DNA of 64,000 nucleotides from Tubulanus polymorphus (Eukaryota; Animalia; Nemertea). Positions 58,917-64,000 of this stretch are shown here, piece by piece (position 1 is the first letter of the stretch; each line of letters starts with the position of its first letter). The notes beneath the pieces were generated by a model. That model made no database searches and was not told the DNA's origin. It saw nothing but the letters and a program-made list of their open reading frames with translations. A program made the translations under genes and the position numbers. The stretch spans positions 13,689,807 through 13,753,806 of the forward strand of contig NC_134031.1 in NCBI RefSeq assembly GCF_964204645.1, written 5' to 3'.

Positions 58917-60305
58917 TTAAAATTTAAAATATAATATTCCTCCGATTACAATTCCTATACAAGTTATAGCTAATTTAGTATTTTCATGTGATTTATTATC
59001 ATCATTTAGTTTAATTATATCATGTTGAATTTTATCGGTTCTATTATTTTCTGATGTATTGTAATCTTTTATTTTAGAATCATTATTTAATTTAATATTC
59101 TTAGTTTTAGTTTCAGTTGATTGAATATGTTTTTTATTTTTTTCACCTTCCATTAATTTTGGAGCAGTAATAATCTTTTTATTTATATCATTTAATCCAA
59201 ATGAATTATTTATTGTTGCAGTTTTAATTAGATTATTATAACCAATTATGTTTCCCATCTTTAATACTAAATCATTAGAAATAATTAATAGATTAGGGCC
59301 TATACAATAATTAAGTCTTACATGAGATTTATCTAAATAATTTTGATATCTTATAATGTTTTCTGGAATCGATCTATTTTTATCATTATGAATTGAATCT
59401 TCAAATAAAACTTTAAATTGTTTTTGTGTATCAAATGATGTATTCAAATTTCCAATTATCGGTGATCTTGTTTCAACTTGTGATCCTAGAATACAAATCA
59501 AATAAGTTCTAATAGATTGATTTATTCTTTCTATACCTGATTTTGTAAAACCTTCACTATTCTCTAAAATAAAATATACCCAACCATTATTGTTTTCTTG
59601 TTTTAAATTATCATAAAATTTCGGTAATTTATTGAAATTTAATGTTTCTAAATCCTTTGTTTCTATTTTACCATAACCTAATTTTTTATTATAGATATTA
59701 TAAAAACTATTAGATGGTATAGGAAGTGCGCAATATTCTGCAATCTTTCTAGGGCAAGGAAGTGATCTTATTGTTCCAATTTTTGTTCTAAAATCAGAAT
59801 TATTTATATCTATATTAAATTCATTACAAATCTTATAAAACTTAGATAAATTAATATTATTATCTAATTCTTTAAAATATCTAGATCCTGGTAAAGCGCA
59901 CTCTAATTCATTTAATATTATTCTGATTTGAAAGTATGTATGAAATCTAAATAAACTTTGAATTAGTTTATATTTAGAATTATTCAAATGATCATTCCAA
60001 CTAATTCCACAACCTGTTGTTGCACAATAAACAGCAAAATTTAATTGATTCTGCCAATACTTCATATTAGATTTTAATAACCATTGTTTTTCATCTTTCA
60101 ATTTTTTAAAATTAATTGAATATACATGAAATATATTTTCCATCTTTGCATTAAAATTATTAGTTTCAGTAACATAAATATATAAATTAGTTAATGAATC
60201 TAAAACTTCATTTCTATATGTAATATCTTTATTAAAATCTATTGCTGGAATATTATATTTAATTGATTTATTATATTGGAACGCTTTTGGAAAACTATCT
60301 ACCAT
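58917..60305 (-). CDS. 462-aa protein with a C-terminal membrane anchor
   Basis: Long ORF; WQNQLNFAVYCATTGCG motif; C-terminal LAITCIGIVIGGILYF. Confidence 0.8.
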   Translation of the reverse strand: MVDSFPKAFQYNKSIKYNIPAIDFNKDITYRNEVLDSLTNLYIYVTETNNFNAKMENIFHVYSINFKKLKDEKQWLLKSNMKYWQNQLNFAVYCATTGCGISWNDHLNNSKYKLIQSLFRFHTYFQIRIILNELECALPGSRYFKELDNNINLSKFYKICNEFNIDINNSDFRTKIGTIRSLPCPRKIAEYCALPIPSNSFYNIYNKKLGYGKIETKDLETLNFNKLPKFYDNLKQENNNGWVYFILENSEGFTKSGIERINQSIRTYLICILGSQVETRSPIIGNLNTSFDTQKQFKVLFEDSIHNDKNRSIPENIIRYQNYLDKSHVRLNYCIGPNLLIISNDLVLKMGNIIGYNNLIKTATINNSFGLNDINKKIITAPKLMEGEKNKKHIQSTETKTKNIKLNNDSKIKDYNTSENNRTDKIQHDIIKLNDDNKSHENTKLAITCIGIVIGGILYFKF

Positions 60306-60321
60306 TTATATAATTAAAAAA

Positions 60322-60756
60322 TTAATAATTTATTAATTCTTTAAATAATTTATCTTGTTCTTCAACTGTTATATGACCATTTAAACTTATTATATAATCT
60401 AGTGTATTCTTTAATTTATTAATTTCTTTTATATTAGTTTTGATTTTTTCTTTATTACTTTTTATATTTAATTTTGAACTTATACCAGTTAAAACACTTG
60501 AACTTAATCCTAACACACCAATTGATATAGCTAAAGGTGTTAATGGACTGAATATTGCTAGAAATGTTATTACAGAACTAATTGTAACCGAACCACTTAT
60601 AATCAAATAATATATAATTTTACTTTTTAAATATTTTTTCTTTTTTATCTTTAAGTCACTTTCAAATTCTAATATTTGTTTTTCTAAATATGTTTTTAAT
60701 TTAGTTTTATTTATATCATGAGGAATAATATCAATACTATCAACTTTATCTTCCAT
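60322..60756 (-). CDS. Two-TM coiled-coil protein, 144 aa
   Basis: Hydrophobic hairpin IIYYLIISG...ISIGVLGLSSSVLTGI flanked by Lys-rich helices. Confidence 0.75.
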   Translation of the reverse strand: MEDKVDSIDIIPHDINKTKLKTYLEKQILEFESDLKIKKKKYLKSKIIYYLIISGSVTISSVITFLAIFSPLTPLAISIGVLGLSSSVLTGISSKLNIKSNKEKIKTNIKEINKLKNTLDYIISLNGHITVEEQDKLFKELINY

Positions 60757-60775
60757 TTATTTAGAATAAAATTTA

Positions 60776-61198
60776 CTAATTAGTAAATTCATAAGCAACA
60801 AATATAACAATAACTGTTCCACCTAAAATCCAAATTATTTCATATTTCTGTTGTTCTTTACTTGGGGTATAATAATCTGATAATATGGGTTTGTATAGAT
60901 GTAATTTTTCTTTATTTGTTACTGCGTTATATAAACTCATTGCATCATCAACTGATTGAAAATCTCTATGTGAAATCTTCTGATCATATAATTCCTTGTT
61001 AATATAATCCATATAGTTTTGTCTCTTTTCTCTATATTCTTCTGCATCTTTATTATATTTCTCTAACGCTAAATTATGTCTTTTTTGTTCTCCTAATGAA
61101 CCATTTTTATCAATATGTTTAAATAAATAACCACCACCAGTAAATGCTAAAGCGTTAACGATTGCCGATCCTATAATAGTTATAATTGCAGAAGCCAT
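60776..61198 (-). CDS. Membrane protein with N- and C-terminal hydrophobic segments, 140 aa
   Basis: MASAIITIIGSAIVNALAF...; IIWILGGTVIVIFVAY. Confidence 0.75.
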   Translation of the reverse strand: MASAIITIIGSAIVNALAFTGGGYLFKHIDKNGSLGEQKRHNLALEKYNKDAEEYREKRQNYMDYINKELYDQKISHRDFQSVDDAMSLYNAVTNKEKLHLYKPILSDYYTPSKEQQKYEIIWILGGTVIVIFVAYEFTN

Positions 61199-61222
61199 TT
61201 ATTTAGCAAAAAAATTATGCAT

Positions 61223-61444
61223 TTATATGGGAGGAATATATTTTTGTTTTTCTAAATAATCAATAGTTAAATTAGATAAAGTAACTGCTAATGTTAACTT
61301 TAGAATATCATTTATATCAAATCTATCAACATTAACACTTCCCATTTTGAATACTTTTTTTAATACCATTGAATAACCAACAGTTCCAACTGATAGTAAT
61401 GCGCCATTATATAATCCAGTTATTATCCACTTATTATCACTCAT
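61223..61444 (-). CDS. Small hydrophobic protein, 73 aa
   Basis: TAAATG start, tight packing, two hydrophobic helices. Confidence 0.65.
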   Translation of the reverse strand: MSDNKWIITGLYNGALLSVGTVGYSMVLKKVFKMGSVNVDRFDINDILKLTLAVTLSNLTIDYLEKQKYIPPI

Positions 61445-61447
61445 TTA

Positions 61448-61801
61448 TTAATCAAAAAAATTACTATCTTCAAAATATTTAGTTAACTTATTTATGATTA
61501 ATTCAACATTTATTTTATTACTAGTTTCATTTGTATATATTTCAATTATTATTTTTTTAATATCATCGATTATAAAATCTTCATCTAATTCATAAAATCT
61601 TAAAGATTCTCTAATTAAATTAGTAATCTTTTCTACATTTAAAGTTTCTTTATCTATTGTTGTTTCATACTCAAATGTTGTTTCATTAGAAAATGCAATA
61701 TTTTTGATATGTGTTATTACATCATTAATGTTAAATTTCATTTCTTTCTCACGTTTAAAATCAAACCCAAAACATATACTCGGTCCAACAGTTATATTCA
61801 T
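61448..61801 (-). CDS. Hypothetical protein, 117 aa
   Basis: TAAATG start; fills the gap between neighbouring genes. Confidence 0.65.
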   Translation of the reverse strand: MNITVGPSICFGFDFKREKEMKFNINDVITHIKNIAFSNETTFEYETTIDKETLNVEKITNLIRESLRFYELDEDFIIDDIKKIIIEIYTNETSNKINVELIINKLTKYFEDSNFFD

Positions 61802-61817
61802 TTATATAGTGAAAAAA

Positions 61818-62576
61818 TTACTCTTTACATCTTATAACTAATTCATAAATTACGGGGAAATTATTTAAATCAATTAAGTATCCATTATGATTTCTAATTT
61901 CTAATCTAAAATTATTAAAATGAGGAATGCAAGGTTTAAAATCACATTCAGCTAAATTATAATTTAATTGCGTTCCAAATTGTTTAACATTTTTTAATGG
62001 TAAAATATTTAATATACTAGAATTACATGTTGTATCTTTAGTTGCTTCGAATGTTTTTGTTGGGTCAATAAAATTGCAATAAATATAAAAATGTGTAAAA
62101 GGTATTATATTTGAATTACCGTCTACGTTTCCTGTAACAGTTTGTGGTTTAATTCCTAACAGTTTAGCTAAAGGTTTCCTTACCATAAATGCATGTTTGT
62201 TTTCATCATCTAACTTTATTTTAATTTTATTAGAACTATCACTTTTTATAAATCTAATTGAAAATTTATCTTCACTTTTAAGTTTTAATCGTGCTCTCCG
62301 ATTAATTTCTTGTGCTAATGTATCTAAATTATATAATCCTGGTTTTAAAATTAGTTGAAACCATTTATTTATATTTCTAATATGAATTAAAAAGTCTCTA
62401 TGATCAAAACTTTTATCCGATATATTATGAAAAGAATTACATAAACTTATATTAACTAATTTTAAATCTACACAATTCTTAAATTCTCTATCTAATTGTA
62501 CTAATAAATTATGAGATTTATAATTTGTAAGTTTTCTAGAATCAACAAATATTCTGTATTCTTTTAATTCCGCCAT
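61818..62576 (-). CDS. Probable minor capsid (penton-like, single jelly-roll) protein, 252 aa
   Basis: IFVDS, PGLYN...L...IN, KLLG, YIYCNFI and IRNHNGYLIDLN pattern, as in Polinton minor capsid proteins. Confidence 0.65.
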   Translation of the reverse strand: MAELKEYRIFVDSRKLTNYKSHNLLVQLDREFKNCVDLKLVNISLCNSFHNISDKSFDHRDFLIHIRNINKWFQLILKPGLYNLDTLAQEINRRARLKLKSEDKFSIRFIKSDSSNKIKIKLDDENKHAFMVRKPLAKLLGIKPQTVTGNVDGNSNIIPFTHFYIYCNFIDPTKTFEATKDTTCNSSILNILPLKNVKQFGTQLNYNLAECDFKPCIPHFNNFRLEIRNHNGYLIDLNNFPVIYELVIRCKE

Positions 62577-62593
62577 TTATTTTACATATTTTC

Positions 62594-62935
62594 TCATTCG
62601 AAATCTATTTCATGGTGCCCTTTTTCATTCTTACCTTTGTATACGAAATAGAAATCTCCAGAACATAATTCTTCTAGATCTTCACTTGATAATCTATGAA
62701 ATCTATCTGGTAAATAAGTTCTGAATTTATGTATATTTCCTTTTAATCCTTCATATTCTAAATGAATTACTAATTTATCTCCATATTTGTTAGTAACTGT
62801 AACAATGTTAGTAATTAAATATTTCTTGTGAATTGTTAACTCAGTTAGTTTTTTGAATTTATGATCTACAGATTTTACATTTGTGGTATCTTTAATTCTA
62901 TCTAAGAATTCATTGTGTACTTGTTTACTCTCCAT
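62594..62935 (-). CDS. Hypothetical protein, possibly OB-fold ssDNA-binding, 113 aa
   Basis: Adjacent to PolB, with beta-strand pattern KYLIT...TNKYG.KLVI...YLP.RF. Function is inferred only. Confidence 0.55.
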   Translation of the reverse strand: MESKQVHNEFLDRIKDTTNVKSVDHKFKKLTELTIHKKYLITNIVTVTNKYGDKLVIHLEYEGLKGNIHKFRTYLPDRFHRLSSEDLEELCSGDFYFVYKGKNEKGHHEIDFE

Positions 62936-62963
62936 TTATTATACAAATTTTTATTGAAATTGA

Positions 62964-64000
62964 TTAACACGCTAGAATCCTTTTCATAATCTCATTTTCT
63001 TTTGTTTCTTCTCTTTTGAATTTTATATATTCATCTAAATTGCAACCATAGGCGACTGTGTGGATTCCATCATCTAAAATATATCTTTTATCATCAAATG
63101 GGTTTAGACTTATCTTCTCTATCTCTTCAATATACATTTCATGATCTTCAGATCTTAAACATTTCATCTTATGTTTTCTAACTTCTTCATTAAATATACA
63201 ATTGATGTAATCTTTGAAATGAATATTCTTTTCAACAACGCTTTTGGTAATTCCTTTTAACTTTTTAGCTTCATGTTCTTTAGTTTTATATGAATACATT
63301 TTAGATCTAATACCAATGAACTCTATCATTTCTTCACCACCTAATTCATCCTTAAACTTCCCAGGAACTTTTTTATTATCATTGCTAAACAATTCATGAT
63401 TTTTAGGATAATTACTAAAATCAAAATGGTGTTTTAATGTTTTTAAATCATCTGTTATGTTATCAGTTTTTATCTTTAATATGTAATTGTTGGTATCAAA
63501 GTATAGAATTTCTATGTGTTTTTCTCCAAAATGAGGTTGTAATATGTTATAATAAAATTGATACATTAATAACTTTGAAATTTCTAGAACTGATGCACCA
63601 ACATAAATAGGTTTATTGAACTTCATTGAAGTTCTTTTCATTTTAACTGCTGCTAAATTTTCATCAAATATTCTGTTACCTATAAACTTAGGATATGATT
63701 GTAAATGTCTAATTCTTTTACCATTACTAACTAACTCAATATCATTTCTATTTCTAATATTTTCACAAGTCTTACCATAGAATGCATTATTCATTAACTT
63801 GAAGAAATCTTTTTCAAAATCAGTTTTAGATTTAGTTCTCTGTGTAGTATTAAAATCTATATATTTTTCTAACCATTTAGATTGATTAAATGAAATATAT
63901 CTATGTACTTTTTTTATAATCATTCCTTGATTCAAATAAAACTTCAACATTCTATAATGCACAACGTAATTATATTTATCTTCTTGAGTTACCATTAACT
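62964..64000 (-). CDS. Protein-primed family B DNA polymerase, C-terminal part (5' end outside the window)
   Basis: KLMNNAFYGK (motif B), YFDTNN (altered motif C), KDE, SKMY and KLKGI motifs. The frame is open to the window edge. Confidence 0.95.
   Translation of the reverse strand, partial: LMVTQEDKYNYVVHYRMLKFYLNQGMIIKKVHRYISFNQSKWLEKYIDFNTTQRTKSKTDFEKDFFKLMNNAFYGKTCENIRNRNDIELVSNGKRIRHLQSYPKFIGNRIFDENLAAVKMKRTSMKFNKPIYVGASVLEISKLLMYQFYYNILQPHFGEKHIEILYFDTNNYILKIKTDNITDDLKTLKHHFDFSNYPKNHELFSNDNKKVPGKFKDELGGEEMIEFIGIRSKMYSYKTKEHEAKKLKGITKSVVEKNIHFKDYINCIFNEEVRKHKMKCLRSEDHEMYIEEIEKISLNPFDDKRYILDDGIHTVAYGCNLDEYIKFKREETKENEIMKRILAC

Larger units (their letters stand above)
50512..64000. mobile_element. 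Endogenous Polinton/Maverick-like virus, left part; continues beyond the window
   Basis: Abrupt switch to very AT-rich, intronless, tightly packed genes: rve integrase, A32-like ATPase, capsid proteins and protein-primed PolB. Candidate terminus AGTAGT at 50512. Confidence 0.93.

Noticed and set aside
50512-64000. Bacteriophage or bacterial contamination
   Set aside because: An rve integrase with chromodomain plus pPolB and A32 ATPase is the Polinton gene set; no Shine-Dalgarno pattern was seen.

Overview
Eukaryotic, repeat-rich invertebrate genomic DNA; a marine lophotrochozoan-type animal is an inference from the GPCR family and the repeat types. Host genes: the first four coding exons of LRSAM1 (minus strand, 6557-24, running off the left edge, found by manual splicing) and an intronless class A GPCR (41170-42144). 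Mobile DNA dominates the rest. (1) MITEs with readable target-site duplications (TSDs) and Helentron-associated repeats. (2) Two Penelope-like insertions with hammerhead ribozyme cores. (3) A very young Gypsy LTR retrotransposon (26383-38906) with ~2.9-kb LTRs, a tRNA-Leu primer site and a -1 frameshift pseudoknot. It also carries a non-Env third ORF (C2H2 zinc fingers plus 23 x 9-aa repeats) whose ATG appears to be created by splicing. (4) A 5'-truncated CR1/L2-group LINE. (5) From ~50512 to the right edge, an AT-rich endogenous Polinton/Maverick-like virus with integrase, packaging ATPase, major and minor capsid proteins, pPolB and many membrane-protein genes. The most striking signal is that 14 of 16 Polinton genes with a visible start begin at TAAATG, many behind a T-tract. 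That is the poxvirus late-promoter architecture, and it suggests a virophage-like dependence on a pox-like virus. All calls come from reading the sequence by eye; no searches were run.
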